Assembly (NCBI GenBank): GCA_030390025.1
Contig: CM059431.1
Span: 138,758,001 to 138,822,000, forward strand
Source of the DNA: Squalus acanthias
Taxonomy: Eukaryota
Reading direction: 5' to 3'
DNA: 64,000 nucleotides
Part shown: positions 1 to 13,700 of the stretch, piece after piece
Numbering within the stretch: the stretch's first letter is position 1
Layout of the letters: the number at the start of each line of letters is the position of its first letter
The notes under the pieces: model-generated
Database searches by the model: none
The model's input: only the letters and a program-made list of their open reading frames with translations
Told to the model about the DNA's origin: nothing
Made by a program: the position numbers and the translations under genes

Positions 1-789
1 AGACCCAGTGAGTCCGTTGTAAGGTGACCTTGACCAACCTTCAATGGCCCAATACAGATTTTCACAGTTCACAGACTCTTCACATCACTGAAAAAACTTC
101 ACCATAACTTCCACAATTATCTACCATCATCTTTTCCATAAGCCTTTTAGCTGATCTAATGGCAGCCTTCGTTTTCTTTAGTTGTTTCTTACACTCAACT
201 CTGTTTAGCTCAGTGTTAGATGCCTTTAATTTTTGCAAACATGTTTGATTACATCCTATTTGTCTTTCTACCTGACACAATGCAGAAGCGCAATTCACAG
301 AGTTCAGAGAATACAGAAGCTGCCGCAGCTGACCTGGGATTAACTGCATTGAAGTTGTGGGGAAATGATATAATTAGCGCTATATAACACCCTGAGGAAC
401 ACAACACAATAAAAGTAATATTATCAATCAATTTGAACATGTTAGAATCAAAATAATGAAACAGAAATGTAACAAGTCCGGAAAAGATTCTATCTCACAG
501 TTTTTAATGTGAGAACTAACGAGGGAAAAACCTTTTGAAGCACCTCGAGGCTGATATAGTCCAACTTGAACCACGTGGTACAGGTAGATGCAGTCGATAC
601 CGTCGAGCAGTGGGAGGGGGCCGTTGTTTGTAAGGCCGACCAGCTATATAAAAATAAACAGTCCTTCCAGCTAAACAGTCTGTGGTAGAGTACTCAGGGA
701 TATAAGTGAACACCTGTTACTGTTTATCAATAACTTAGGTTCTTCAGTGCCAGTGTTGTAGGATTGAAGGCAATCTCCCCTCCATAAAG

Positions 790-1610
790 GTTATATTTGT
801 TTCCGGATGGAGAGCGGTGGAAAGAATGGGAAAGATGTCGCTATATTTGTAAAGGAAATTAACCGCTCTAGAAAACGCCGACGTCAGAAAATCAGTTACA
901 GACTGAACTATTTGGATCCAGTCAGTTCAAGGTAACAATCCCAAATGAATCCCTCTCACCTGTTACAGTCCCCAGGACAAGGAGTCCTTTCTGACGAGGC
1001 ACTCTGAACACAAATTAATAAATATACTGGATGGGACTAGGTGCAGTTGGACCAGTAGACTGGCACTGGGCTAGCCCAAGGCGGGCTTTGCCCAATGTGA
1101 TAAAATGCAGCAAGCTTCACAACCGTCACTGACTGAGAGGCGAAACCGGGACAGGAATCCATACCTGCACCGCCCAATGGATCAGAAGCGCAGCAGCTTA
1201 ACCACTTGGCCACCGTAAGTAAACTGAGATCAATTTGAAGTGGATGAGTGGAATGACTCCGGACTCGTCCAATGGAACCAGCACGAAATAATCTCTTCAA
1301 CTGTTTCCTCCCTTGTGAGGGCACAACTCCTATACGACTATAGAGATCATCCGCTCAAATAGAGATGTGTACAAAGTAGAATTAAATCATAATCCGGTTT
1401 TTTATTATCTCTAAAGCAATCAATGGCCTGCTATGGCCAAGAGTCCTGGGATGGCCATTGGATTGGGAAATGTCTGTATTATGGACGATTTTAGTTTCCT
1501 GACATTCTTTGTGAATCATCCGGCGCAGAGGCCACAACAGGCGAAAGGTTTTTTGACGTTATTAAAGTTTGTGTCTTAACACAGCGATTTAGAGTCGAAA
1601 CTAGAGATAG
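790..1610 (+). mobile_element. Highly degenerate, interrupted CR1-like endonuclease remnants
   Basis: Translated patches GYICFRMESGGKNGKDVAIFVKE (~790-860), CIMDDFSF (~1475) and GERFFDVIK..LTQ (~1540) resemble the CR1 APE motifs seen intact at 48272-48940. Intervening DNA is unassigned. Confidence 0.4.
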
Positions 1611-2276
1611 TCCAAAAAAAGAAATCACACAGCAGGCGAGGATAGAGTTACTGTCAAAACAAATCAAGCAAAGAGCAGAAGTTCCGGGTATAAATTCTCA
1701 GCGAGATGTCGTCTGGACCACTCTATTACATCACGATCAATTCACCAGCAAGACGGGAATAAGAGTGCGTGCTCTGCGAAAAGTTACAGTCAAACCTTGA
1801 ACATCCCTCAGGCTGTAGAAAGCCTACTTCTGTCCAATCCTGCCCAGTGTCCATCGAGCCTGGCGCGCCCTGATTCAGACACACATCAAAGGGCCGCAAA
1901 TTATCGAAAACCGAGCTAAAAAAGTCTCCCTTGCTATATTTGCTGAGACTGTCTGCAAATCTGTGGAATCCAAACCACGGAAATAAAGCACTTTAGACTC
2001 CACCAGAGATACTTGCAGAGCGTAAAAGACAGGATTATTTTGTATATTTGCAACTCTGCTCTGTGGGCGTGCAGCAGGCCAGGGAGATTTGCCACTATTC
2101 AATCTAAGAGATGATCCTGTTAGACAGAGTCAATCGCACTTAATCCAAACAAACATGAAACCAGATTTTCACATTAGAGAGTAGCTTATGCAAAAAAAAT
2201 GTTGAAAAATGGGAACCATCCATGGACGTGATTATAAATCTACCAACATTATTAATAAAGCTGTCTCCCCTTCGTT

Positions 2277-2943
2277 ACAAGTTTGCTGATGATACAATGC
2301 TAGGTGGGAGAGTAAGCTGTAAGGAGAACACTAAGAGTCTGCAAAGGGATATCGATAGACTAAGTGAGTTGGCAGTATTGTGGCAGATGGAGTATAATGT
2401 AGCAAAATGTGAGGTTATTCACTTTGGTAGGAAGAATAGGAAAACAGATTTTTATTTAATGGCGAGCATCTTTCAAATGTTGGTGTTCAGAGATTTGGGT
2501 GTCCTCGTGCAAGAAACACAGAAAGCTAGCATGCAGGTACAGCAAGCAATAAGGAAGACAAATGGCATGTTGGCCTTTTTTGCAAGGGGGTTGGAGTATA
2601 AGAGCAAGGAAATCTTGCTACAATTGTACAGGGCCTTGGTGAGACCACACCTGGAGTACTGTGCACAGTTTTGGTCTCCTTATCTAATATACTTGCCTTG
2701 AAGGCGGTGCAACGAAGGTTCACTAGATTGATTCCTGGGAAGAGAGGACTGTCCTATGATGAGAGATTGTGTAGAATGGGCCTATACTCTCTGGAGTCTA
2801 GAATAATGAGAGGTGACCTCATTGAAACATACAAGATTCTGAAGGGGTTTTACAGGATAGATGCTGAGAGGTTGTTTCCCCTGGCTGTAGTGTCTAGAGC
2901 TAAGGAGCATAGTCTCAGGATAAGCGGTAGGCCTTTTAAGACT
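2277..2943 (+). mobile_element. CR1 LINE RT C-terminal fragment (frameshifted)
   Basis: KFADDT, CEVIHFG, LVRPHLEYCAQFWSP and VQRRFTRLIPG motifs across ORFs 2222-2701 and 2671-3123. Confidence 0.9.
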
Positions 2944-3770
2944 TTACAGCTGCAAAACTGGCATCTATCCGACATTGTGGAAATCTGCCCAGGTATGCCC
3001 TGTCCACAAGAAGCAGGACAAATCCAACCCGGCCAATTACTGCCCCATCAGTCTTTGCGTAATCATCAGCAAAGTGATGGAAGGTGTCATCGACATTGCT
3101 ATCACGCACTCACTCAACACTAACCTGCTCACCAATGCTCAGTTCAGGTTACGCCAGGTCCACTGGGCTCCATACCTCATTACATCCTTGGTCCAAACAT
3201 GGACAAAATATCTGAAATCAGCGGTGATGTTAGAGTGACTGCACTTGACATCAAGGCAGCATTTGACCGAGTTTGGCATCCAGGAGCCCGAGTAAAACTG
3301 AAGTCAATGGGAATCAGGGGAAAAACTCTCCACTGGCTGGAGTCATATCTAGCACAAATGAAGATGGTTCTGGTGATTGGAGGTCAATCATCAAAGCCCC
3401 AGGACAACGCTGCAGGAGATCTTCAGAACAGTTTCCTAGGCCCAACAATCTTTAGCTACTTCATCAATGAACATCCCTCCATCATAAGGTCAGTATTGGG
3501 GATGTTCCTTGATGATTACAGAGTGTTCAGTTCCATTCGCATCTCCTCAGATAATGAAGCAGTCCCTGCCCGCATGCAGCAAGACCTAGACGGCATTCAG
3601 GCTTGACCTGATAAGTGGCAAGTAACTTTCGCGCCACACAAGTAACAGGCAATGACTATCTCCAACAAGGTAAAGTTTAACCACCGGCCCTTGACATTCA
3701 ACGGCATTACCATCACTGAATATCCCTCCATCAATATCCTAGGGTTCACCATTGACCAGAAACTTGACTA
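2944..3770 (+). mobile_element. Second LINE family (CR1/L2 group) RT fragment
   Basis: CPVHKKQDKSNPANYCPISL, ALDIKAAFDRVWH, LGPTIF and FLDD motifs with frameshifts. The same family recurs at 40526-40815. Confidence 0.85.
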
Positions 3771-3899
3771 TGATGCTCTGCTCATTATAATAGATTGATC
3801 GCTGCAGCCCAACGTCCTCCCCCTCCCCCCTCCCCCCACCCCCGCAACCCAAAATGGACCAAACTACCTATATGCATCTGGCTGATAGGACTGGCCAGC

Positions 3900-4980
3900 A
3901 TGGACTTGTTATTACAACAACGTTCATTTATGTAGTGCATGTAATTAATAAAACGCCCCAAGGCGCTTCCAATGAGCGTAATCAGACACAAAAGGACACG
4001 GAGCCAAAGAAGGAGACACGCGGACAGGTGACCAAAATCGTGATCAGAGGTCGGTCTTAAGGACAGTGTTAAAGGAGAGCAGAAATGCAGAGTTTCAGGG
4101 AGGGAATTTCCGTTTTTAGAGCCGTTGCAACTAAAGGCACGGCTGGCATTGTAGGTCGAAGACAGTGGAGGATGCACAGGAGGACATTTTGGCTCATCCA
4201 AGAATGGAGGGCAGACAAGCTATTTGACAACACAGAGACAGTGGATGAGTTGAGAGAGTTGGTGGTGAGGAAGAGTTGTGTGTCTACAGCACACACGTGG
4301 AATCTGATGTTGTGTTTCCGGCTGATGTCGCGAAGGAGCAGCATGTAGATGCGAAATAGAAGGATCAAAGAGGATAACCTTTGGGGTTAGAGGTAACGGT
4401 GCGAGAGCGCGAAGATAAGCCATTGCAGGATATTCTCTGGCTCAGGCTGCATAGGTTAGAGTGGAACCAGGCGTGGGCTGTTCCACACAGATGGAAAATG
4501 TAGGAGAGGCGTGGAGAAGGATGGAGTTGTCATCCGTGTCAAAGACGGGAAGAATGAAAGGGGACAGTGCACCATGGTCACAGTCACAGAGAATATAATT
4601 TGTGACTTCAATAAGGGCCGTTTCAAGTGCTGTGCAAAGGCAGAAAAATGATTGGAGAGATTCAAACAGGGAATTACGGGAAAGATGGAGACGAATTTGG
4701 GAGGCGACAATAAGTTCAAATACATTTGACAGGAATATGATGTTGGAGATGGGGCGGTAGATTGCAAAAGTCAGAGGGGTCAAGTGTGGATTTGTCAGGA
4801 GGGAGTGATGGCGGCAGTTCTGAAAGAGAGGGGGACAGTACCAGAGCAGATGGAACCCTTCACAATATCAGATAGCATGGGGCTGGGAAGAGGAACTGGA
4901 TGGTCAGCAGTTTAGAGGCAATGGGGTTCAGGAACCAGGAAATGGTTTTCGGGGACAACATGAGATTGGACCGTCCACGA
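3900..4980 (-). mobile_element. L2-type LINE 3' portion, degenerate
   Basis: Minus-strand YRPISN..FLSNVFE..VASQI, ETALIEVTN and FHVCAVDTQLF are degenerate L2 RT motifs. Confidence 0.7.
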
Positions 4981-4989
4981 CGGGTTATG

Positions 4990-7511
4990 GGGGAATTCAC
5001 GGGAATACAGTAAGTGTTTAATTAAATTACAGGACAGGTAAATTTAGGGGAAGGCAGCAACTCTTTATTTAAAAATAGAATAAACGAGACCTTAGGGGAA
5101 TACAACAATTGCTTACTTATCAGGAGAATAACGGGAACTATACGAACACAGTGACTGTGTCATTAGATATAGAGGACAGGAAATATTTAGGTTAACACAG
5201 TGACTGTGTAATTAGAGATAGAGGACAGGAAACATTTAGGTGAACACAGTATCTCTGTAATTAGAGATAGAGGACAGGGTAATTTAGGGGAACACAGTAA
5301 CTGTGTAATTAGCGATAGAGGGCAGGGTAATTTAGGGGAACACAGTAACTGTGTAATTAGAGATAGAGGACAGGGTCATTTAGGGGAACACAGTAACTGT
5401 GTAATTAGAGATAGAGGACAGGGTAATTTCGGTGAACACAGTAACTGTTTAATTAGAAATAGTGGACAGGGTAATTTAGGGGAACACAGGAACAGTTTAA
5501 TTAGAGATAATGGACAGGGTAAATTAGGGGAACACAATAACTGTTTAATTAGAGATAGAGGACAGGATAATTTAGGGGAACACAGTAACAATTTAATTAG
5601 AGATAGAGGACAGGGTAATTTAGGGGAAGACAGTAAATGTAATTAGAGATAGAGGACAGGGTAATTTAGGGGTACACCGTAACTATGTAATTAGAGATAG
5701 AGGACAGGGTAATTTAGATGAACACAGTAACACTGTAATTAAAGTTAGCCGACAGGGTAATTTAGGGGAACACAGTAACCGTGTAATTAGAGATAGAGGA
5801 CACGGTAATTAGGGGATCACAGTAACTGTGTAATTAGAGATAGAGGACAGGGTAATTTAGATGAACACAGTAACACTGTAATTAAAGTTAGCCGACAGGG
5901 TAATTTAGGGGAACACAGTAACCGTGTAATTAGAGATAGAGGACACGGTAATTAGGGGATCACAGTAACTGTGTAATTAGAGATAGAGGACAGGGTAATT
6001 TAGATGAACCCAGCAACTCTGTAATTAGAGATAGAGGACAGGGTAATTTAGGGGAACACAGTAACTGTGTAAAAAGAGATAGAGGACAGGGTCATTTAGG
6101 GGAACACAGTAACTGTGTAATGAGAGATAGAGGGCAGGGGAATTTAGGGGAACACAGTAACTGTGTAATTAGAGACAGAGGACAGGGTCATTTAGGGGAA
6201 CAGAGTAACTGTGTAATTAGAGATAGAGGACAGGGTAATTTAGGGGAACACAGTAACTGTGTAATTAGAGATAGAGGGCAGAGTAATTTAGGGGAACACA
6301 ATAACTGTGCAATTAGAGATAGATGGCAGAGTAATTTAGGGGAACACAGTAACTGTGTAATTAGAGATAGAGGACAGGGTAATTTAGGGGAAGACAGTAA
6401 CTCTGTAATTAGAAATAGTGGACAAGGTAATTTAGGGGAACACGGTTACAGTTTAATTAAAATAATGGACATGGTAATTTAGGTGACTACAGTAACTGTG
6501 TAACTAGCGATAGAGGACAGGGTAGTTTAGGTGAACACAGTAACTGTGTAATTAGAGATAGAGGACAGGGTAATTCAGGCGAACACAGTAACTGTGTAAT
6601 TAGAGATAGAGGACAGGGTAATTCAGGCGAACACAGTAACTGTGTAATTAGAGATAGAGGACAGTGTGATTTAGGGGAGCACAGTAACTGTGTAATTAGT
6701 GATAGAGGACAGGGTAATTTAGGGGTACACAGTAACTTTTTAATTAGAAATAGTGGACAGGGTTATTTAGGGGTACACAGTAACTGTTTAATTAGAAATA
6801 GAGGACACGATAATTTAGGGGAAGACAGTAACTGTTTAATTAGAAATAGAGGACAGGGTAATTTAGGGGAAGACAGTAACTGTGTAATTAGAAATAGAGG
6901 ACACGATAATTTAGGGGAAGACAGTAACTGTTTAATTAGAAATAGAGGACAGGGTAATTTAGGGGAAGACAGTAAATGTAATTAGAGATAGAGGAAAGGA
7001 AAATTTAGGGGAACACAGTAACTGTGTAATTAGAGATAGAGGACAGGATAATTTAGGGGTACACAGTAACTGTTTAATTAGAAATAGAGGACACGATAAT
7101 TTAGGGGAAGACAGTAACTGTTTAATTAGAAATAGAGGACAGGGTAATTTAGGGGAAGACAGTAACTGTGTAATTAGAAATAGAGGACACGATAATTTAG
7201 GGGAAGACAGTAACTGTTTAATTAGAAATAGAGGACAGGGTAATTTAGGGGAAGACAGTAAATGTAATTAGAGATAGAGGAAAGGAAAATTTAGGGGAAC
7301 ACAGTAACTGTGTAATTAGAGATAGAGGACAGGATAATTTAGGGGAAAACAGTAACAGTGTAATTAGAGATAGAGGACAGGGTAATTTAGGGGAACAGAG
7401 TAACAGTTTAATTAGAGATGGAGGACAGGGTAATTTAGGAGAAGACAGTAAATGTAATTAGAGATAGAGGACAGGGTAATTTAGGGGAACACAGTAACTA
7501 TGTAATTAGAG
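4990..7511. repeat. 48-bp satellite, left block (~50 units, degenerate left edge)
   Basis: Tandem unit gagatagaggacagggtaatttaggggaacacagtaactgtgtaatta. ORF-track translations repeat every 16 aa. Confidence 0.97.
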
Positions 7512-7512
7512 G

Positions 7513-7620
7513 TCATGATGTGGAGATGCCGGCGTTGGACTGGGGTGGACAAAAGTGAGAAGTCGCACAACACCAGGTTATAGTCCAACAGCTTTATTTG
7601 AAATCACAAGCTTTCGGAGC
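7513..7620 (-). mobile_element. Penelope-type terminal repeat/SINE-like fragment, left part (split by the Tx1 element)
   Basis: catgatgtggagatgccggcgttggactgggg...caacaccaggttatagtccaac...gctttcggagc, with AATAAA on the minus strand. Continues at 14745-14819 with a hammerhead motif. Family assignment is by recognition, not search. Confidence 0.65.
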
Positions 7621-8593
7621 TGCTGACTGAGGAGCAGCAGCAGCAGAGTGGTGGTCTCTGTGACCAGGAAGAGGAGAAGGAGAACAGTTGGCAGACCACC
7701 ACCAACATATCCACAACCACAACAACTGAGGTGCCTGGAGAGAGGGGACAGGAGAGGAGAAAGAAAAGAAAGGAAGGCCAAGGCCAATAACACCAGAGGA
7801 GAGGCCTTTCCACACTGCCTCCTCAATTGGCCTCCATTTTAGGAGAGGGAGAGAGGGGAGAAAACAACAAAACATCATCTGTTTGGAAGGAGGAAGGAAG
7901 GAAAGAACAGCTACAGGTGGGTGTGATTCTGGGGCACTCTCCCAGAGACTTTGTTTTGTAGGTGGGGGGAGGAAAGAAGAAAAAGAAGAAGGCCGGAACA
8001 TCCAAGGGGTGTGTGTGTGTGTGTGTGTGGCTTCTGTAAAAGCTAGGCCGCACACACCATATTAAACACCCCTTTCCCATTGCCTGACCTGGGACAGCTG
8101 GAGCTGCCTAGGTGAAGTCCCCAATTAATTTATTCTTATTGGGCATCGTTAAGACCTGGTGCAGGACTGAGCCTGGGCATCTCCAGCTATCCCAGGTGAA
8201 GACATCTTCTCCCCCCACCAGAAGACCACCACCAAAGACTTTTATTACATCGGAGAGTGCACCCCCCCTGCCAACACCCACCCACCCACCCACCATCCTG
8301 AGTGGCGACCCTGCCCTTGCGGCTTCCCTCCTTCCCACCCCCTCTCTCTCTCTCTTTGTCTCTTGTCTCTCTCTGCCTCTCTCTCTAAGAGGCACCTCAA
8401 TCTATTTTAATTAAGTACCTATTGAGCAGAGGGGAGAAGGCCCCTCTCCCAATTAATTCATATAAAGGGAGAGGTGTGCCTTCAATTTAAGAGCTCCCTC
8501 TGCTCAGGGGAAAACAGAAACAAAAAACCGAGGCCATTAACACCTTCAGGCCTGTGACTTGGGGTGAGTGTAGCCCTTAAAGACCAACCCATC

Positions 8594-10752
8594 ATGGCGA
8601 CCACATCTTCGCCGGTGGCGGGGGCAGCGAGGACATACGCGAGCGTGGCAGCCGCGGCCACGGCCGCAGCCACGAGTCCTCCTGTTACCCCGTCACCTTT
8701 TACCCTCCTTACGAGGAAGAATGGGGTCAAGAGCTACACTCACCCCAACATGACAATAGAGGCGTGCGTAAAAGCCATGGCTGGGGTTGTCGGCCCTTCA
8801 GCCATCGTCGCCGCCTCTAAAATGTACGGCAAGGCTGTGTTCTTCCTGGGGTCGGAGCGGGCGGTGTCCCTGGCCATCGAGAAGGGGCTCACCGTGGGCG
8901 GGACCTTCCTGCCGGTGGACCCCCTTGAGGCCACCGCGCAAAGGATTGTGGTTTCCAACGTCCCGCCCTTTGTTCCGGGTGAGCTCCTCCTCCCCCACCT
9001 ACGTCAACTGGGGGAGGTGAGGTCGGGGATCACACCCATCCCGCTCGGCTTCCGGGAAGCCAGCCTTCGGCACGTCTTCTCCTTCCGGCGCCAGCTTTTC
9101 GTCCGGCTGGCGCGGGAGGAGGACGCGGATGGCGCGTTCACGGTGCTCCACGGGGGGACCGCCCACCGCGTCTTCTGGACCTCGGACGGCGTGCGGTGCT
9201 ACGCCTGTAAGGAGGTGGGGCACGTCCGCAAAAACTGCCCCGCCTCCAAGGCCGCCACGACACCTGGCGCGGCCAGGGTTGGCGCCGCCGCCCCCCCTCC
9301 GCCTGATACTGTCCGTGCGTCGACGGCGACGGATGCGCGGTCGAAATCGGAGGCCAACACCACCACGGCCTCCGGCGGGGAGGAGGGAGAGCGTCCGGGG
9401 GGAAGGAAGGCGCGTAGGAAAAATAAACACCTAAGGGCGGATCCCCTCATGGAGGAAACATCAGAGTTGACCGAACTCACGCCCGAGTACATCGCGGAGT
9501 TGGTCGGGACGCATGAGACTGGGGGGGTCCTCGTGCCCGGGCCCGTGACCGTGACCGCAACTGCTGAGGCAGCTAAATCAAGACCTGCGGCCGGGCTCGG
9601 GCCCGAGGGGCCCAAGAAACCCAGTCGTCAGAAGGGGGCAGAGAGGGAGGCCCCAGCAGACATGGAGGCCTCCCCCTCTCCGGGCCCCAACTTGTTAAAA
9701 AGAAAGCTCCGCCCCCAGCAGGAGGACTGCGAGGAGGAAGGTCCCTCCGCAAAAGGGGGGCAGTCGCCCGCCGCGGGTGCTGCGCCCCACCCCACCACCG
9801 TCATCGTCGCGCGCGATCGGCAGGGGTCGTCTGTCCCTCGGGAGGGTGAGACAGCCGAGTCTGTCCGACCTGTGCCTCCCGGGGATGGGGAAGAGACCCT
9901 GCCCGTGGGGGGGGGGCGCGGAACAACCCGCGGAGGGAAATGTAGTTCCGGAACCGTTGCTCCTCGCCGGGTCGGGCGTCCTGGGGACTGGGGCGGGCGA
10001 GGCCAAAGAGGCTGAAGCCGAGCCCGCCTTTTATAACCCAGACATCTCCCAGGGACTGCTCGACCTGGTGGAGGAGTGTAGCAGTCCCCGGCCCGCTGGG
10101 TCGGAGGTTGGTGGCGGGGAGACGGAAAGCCCCCTGACTCCGTCTCTGTTGTTGGCGCCGGACGTGCTGGAGGAATTTGGGATTATTTTCTCCCCGGTTT
10201 CTCCGGTCGCCCCGGCGCCTGAGGCGGGGGGGGGGCCCCGAACCGCCGCCGCCGCCTCCCGGCCCGGCGCCCCTGAAGGAGCCCAGGGTGGACTCCTCTG
10301 CCACCGATCCTGGGGGTGGGATCGTGACGGAGGCGGGGCCGGCCGGTGCGGCCGAGCCGTTCGCTGCACCCTGTGCGACGGACGGGTCGGCCGCCGGTGA
10401 CGACCTCCCGGAGGAGGACGGGGACTCGGTGGTGGGCATCGAGGACGATTTGGAGTCCATCGGCAACGAGGTGATGGACGCCCTCGTGCCCTTCACCGAC
10501 TCTCCCCTCATCCCCGTAGGGGAACTCCGGGATTTTATGGCCATGAGCCAGGGTCGTCACAAGAAGATCCGGCTGGCCCTCGACAAGTGGTCGGAGCTGG
10601 CGCTGCTCGTCGTGTCCGTCCGCGCCGCCGTTAAAATCATGGGCGCGGACAAGGACGTTGGCCGGCTCGAGCTGCGTCGGCTCAAGAGTTTCCACACTGG
10701 GCTGCTGAGGGAGTGGCGGTCGTCAGTGACCGCGCTCCCTCCCCTCCGTTAG
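8594..10752 (+). CDS. Tx1 ORF1 gag-like nucleic-acid-binding protein (two apparent +1 frameshifts)
   Basis: ATG at 8594 (MATTSSP..RTYASVA), SNVPPF motif, CYACKEVGHVRKNC zinc knuckle. Three consecutive frames join into ~718 aa if one G is removed from each G10 run (9907-9916 and 10226-10235). Confidence 0.8.
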
Positions 10753-10777
10753 GTAGAGGTTGCACTATGCTTCTGAG

Positions 10778-13700
10778 ATGAAGATAACCATAGCCAGCCT
10801 CAACATCAACGGCAGCAGGGAGGCGCGCCGTAGATTCAATAACTTCTCGGTCCTTCGGGACGGGAAATATGCGGTGTGCTTCCTGCAAGAAACCCACACC
10901 GTTCCGGGAGACGAGGCCACGTGGCTCCTGGAGTGGCAAGGAGGGGTCAGCATGAGTCACCTCTCTAACAATTCCTGCGGGGTGGCTGTCTTGCTGGCCC
11001 CGCATTTTCAGCCGGAGATCTTGAGGGTCAAGGAGCACGTGCCGGGCCGCTTGCTCCAGGTCACTGTATGCCTGGGAGGCGTGCCGCTCCATTTAGTGAA
11101 CGTGTACGCCCCCCGGACCGGTGCGCAGCAAGTGCGCTTCTTCGGAGAAGTGTCCGCTCTTCTGGGCTCCATCGACGTGGGCGAGTGCGTCATCCTCGGG
11201 GGGGATTTCAATTGTACCCTCGAGGCGCGGGACCGGTCGGGTCCCCCGCGAAGCCCGGCGGCGATGGAGAAGTTGCGGGACCTGGTCGGGTCCTTCGACT
11301 TGGTGGACGTCTGGCGAAATCTCCATCCCGACTCCAGCGCCTTCACGAGCGTGAGGTCTGGAGGAGGAAGGTCCAGAATCGACCGCCTTTACATTTCCCG
11401 GGCGTACGTCTCCTGCGTTCCGGCGGCTTCCATGCGGCCGGTGCCGTGCACGGACCACCACCTGGTGTGGGCGGAGCTCGCTCCGCTGCGCGCGCGGGGG
11501 GGGTCCGCGTACTGGCATTTTAACAACCTGCTGCTGGAGGACACGCGGTTCCGGGATTCGTTTCGCCGGTTCTGGGCCGACTGGAGAAGGAAGCGGGGAG
11601 GCTTCCCCTCCTTGAGGCTATGGTGGGACGTGGGCAAGGCTCACGTCCGCGTCTTCTGTCAGGAGTACGCGAAGGGGTCGACCAAGAGGCGGGAGGCCCG
11701 GGTCGGGCGATTGGAGAAAGAAGTGCTCGACCTGGAGTCCCGTCTCGGTCAAGTCGTCGAGGACCCGGCCCTGCGGAAGGTGTACGAAGAGAAGAAGGGC
11801 GCGCTGAAGGACCTGCAGCTGGTCGGGTCCCGAGGCGCGTACGTGAGGTCGCGGATCCAGTTCCTGCGGGACCTGGACCGCGGCTCCCCCTTCTTCTACT
11901 CGCTGGAAAAAAGACGGGGGGTCCGTAAGCAGCTCTTGGGGCTGCTGGCCGACGACGGATCTCTGGTCTCGGATCCGGAGGGCATCAGCGCGGAGGCCCG
12001 GGCCTATTACGGGGCTCTGTTCTCTTCGGATCCGTCCAGCGAGGATGCGCGCAGAGTTTTGTGGGAGGACCTGCCGAAGGTCGGCCCGGAGGGCGCCGAG
12101 AATTTAGAAGCTCCGCTAAGCCTGGCGGAGCTGACCGGCGCCCTGCGCCAGCTCTCGAGGGGCAAGTCCCCGGGGCTGGACGGGCTGACCGTGGAGTTCC
12201 ACAGGGCGTTCTGGGACGTCTTGGGGGACGACTACGCGCGGGTCCTGGGGGAAAGTCTGGCGACCGGGGAGATGCCCCTCTCTTGGCGCAGGGCGGTCAT
12301 CGTCCTGCTGCCCAAGAAGGGCGATCTCCGCCTACATAAGAACTGGCGCCCGGTCTCCCTCCTCAGCATGGACTACAAAATTTTCGCCAGGGCTATGTCT
12401 GCTCGCCTTGGCACCGTGCTGGCCCGCATGATCCACCCCGACCAGTCCTACACGGTCCCGGGCCGGAGTATCCACGATAACATCCATCTGGTCCGGGACC
12501 TGGTCCACCATTCCCAGAGGGCTGGTCTGTCGGTCGCCTTCCTTTCCCTGGATCAGGAGAAGGCGTTCGACAGGGTGGATCACGAGTATCTTTTCGGGAC
12601 TCTGCGCGCATTCGGGTTCGGGACGCATTTCGTCGCCCGGATCCGACTTCTGTACGCCGCCGCGGAGTGTCTCATTAAAGTTAACGGGTCTTTGACGGCG
12701 CCCCTTCGCTTCGGGAGGGGGGTGCGTCAGGGATGCCCCATGTCCGGTCAGTTATACGCCGTTTGCGTGGAGCCTTTCCTGCGCCTCTTGCGGAAGAGGT
12801 TGACGGGACTGGCTCTGCAAGGGCCGGGCGTGGAGGTGGTCCTCTCGGCTTACGCCGATGACGTGCTCCTCGCGGTCACGGATCCCGTCGACTTGCGGAG
12901 GATGCGAGAATGCCAGCAGATTTACTCGGACGCATCCTCCGCCAAGATCAACTGGGAGAAATGTTCTGGACTCCTGGTGGGCCCATGGCGGGTGGACTCC
13001 CTGCCGGAGGAGTTCGGGCCTTTCGCCTGGAGCACCACGCACCTCCTCTACCTGGGAGTCTACCTCAGCCCGGCCGAGGACGCCTGGCCGGCGAACTGGC
13101 AAGAGCTGGAGGCCAAAGTCACCGCTCGCCTAGGGCGCTGGACAGGACTGCTCCGAGTGTTGTCCTACAGGGGTCGAGCGCTGGTCATAAACCAGCTGGT
13201 GGCCGCCATGTTGTGGTACCGGTTGGTCACTTTGATCCCTCCCCCTGCGTTTGTCGCCAAGATGCAGAAGAAGCTCGTCGACTTCTTCTGGGACAAAAGG
13301 AAGCACTGGGTCTCTGCCGCGGTTTTGAGTCTCCTGCTTAGGGAGGGCGGTCAGGCGCTGGTGTGCCTTCGCACCCAGGCGGCGACTTTCCGTCTTCAGA
13401 CGCTGCAGAGATACCTGTACGTGGAGAATCCTCCTAGGTGGCGTGCGCTGGCGACGTATTTCTTCCGCTAGCTGCACGGCCTCAATTACGACACGCAGCT
13501 CCTGTTTGTGAGAGTGGGTGGCACGCGTGCCAGCCTGCGGGAGCTGCCTGTCTTCTACCAGGAACTGCTATGGGTTTGGAACAGCGTCGCCTCCGAGCGC
13601 AGTTCTCCCCCGTCAGGAGCGGCGGCCGTCCTTCGGGAGCCGCTGTTCAGGAATCCGCACCTCCACGACCGCGGGTTCGGCTGGCTGGCGGAGGGCAGGG

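Noticed and set aside
80..2102. Short ORFs at the window start as host exons
   Set aside because: No coherent gene model. Parts resemble decayed CR1 ORF2 (e.g. KKQLKKTKAAIRSAKRLMEK); the rest is unassignable.
7627..7672. CTGAGGA at the Tx1 5' end as a sense-strand hammerhead core
   Set aside because: No properly placed stem II plus GAAA box follows.
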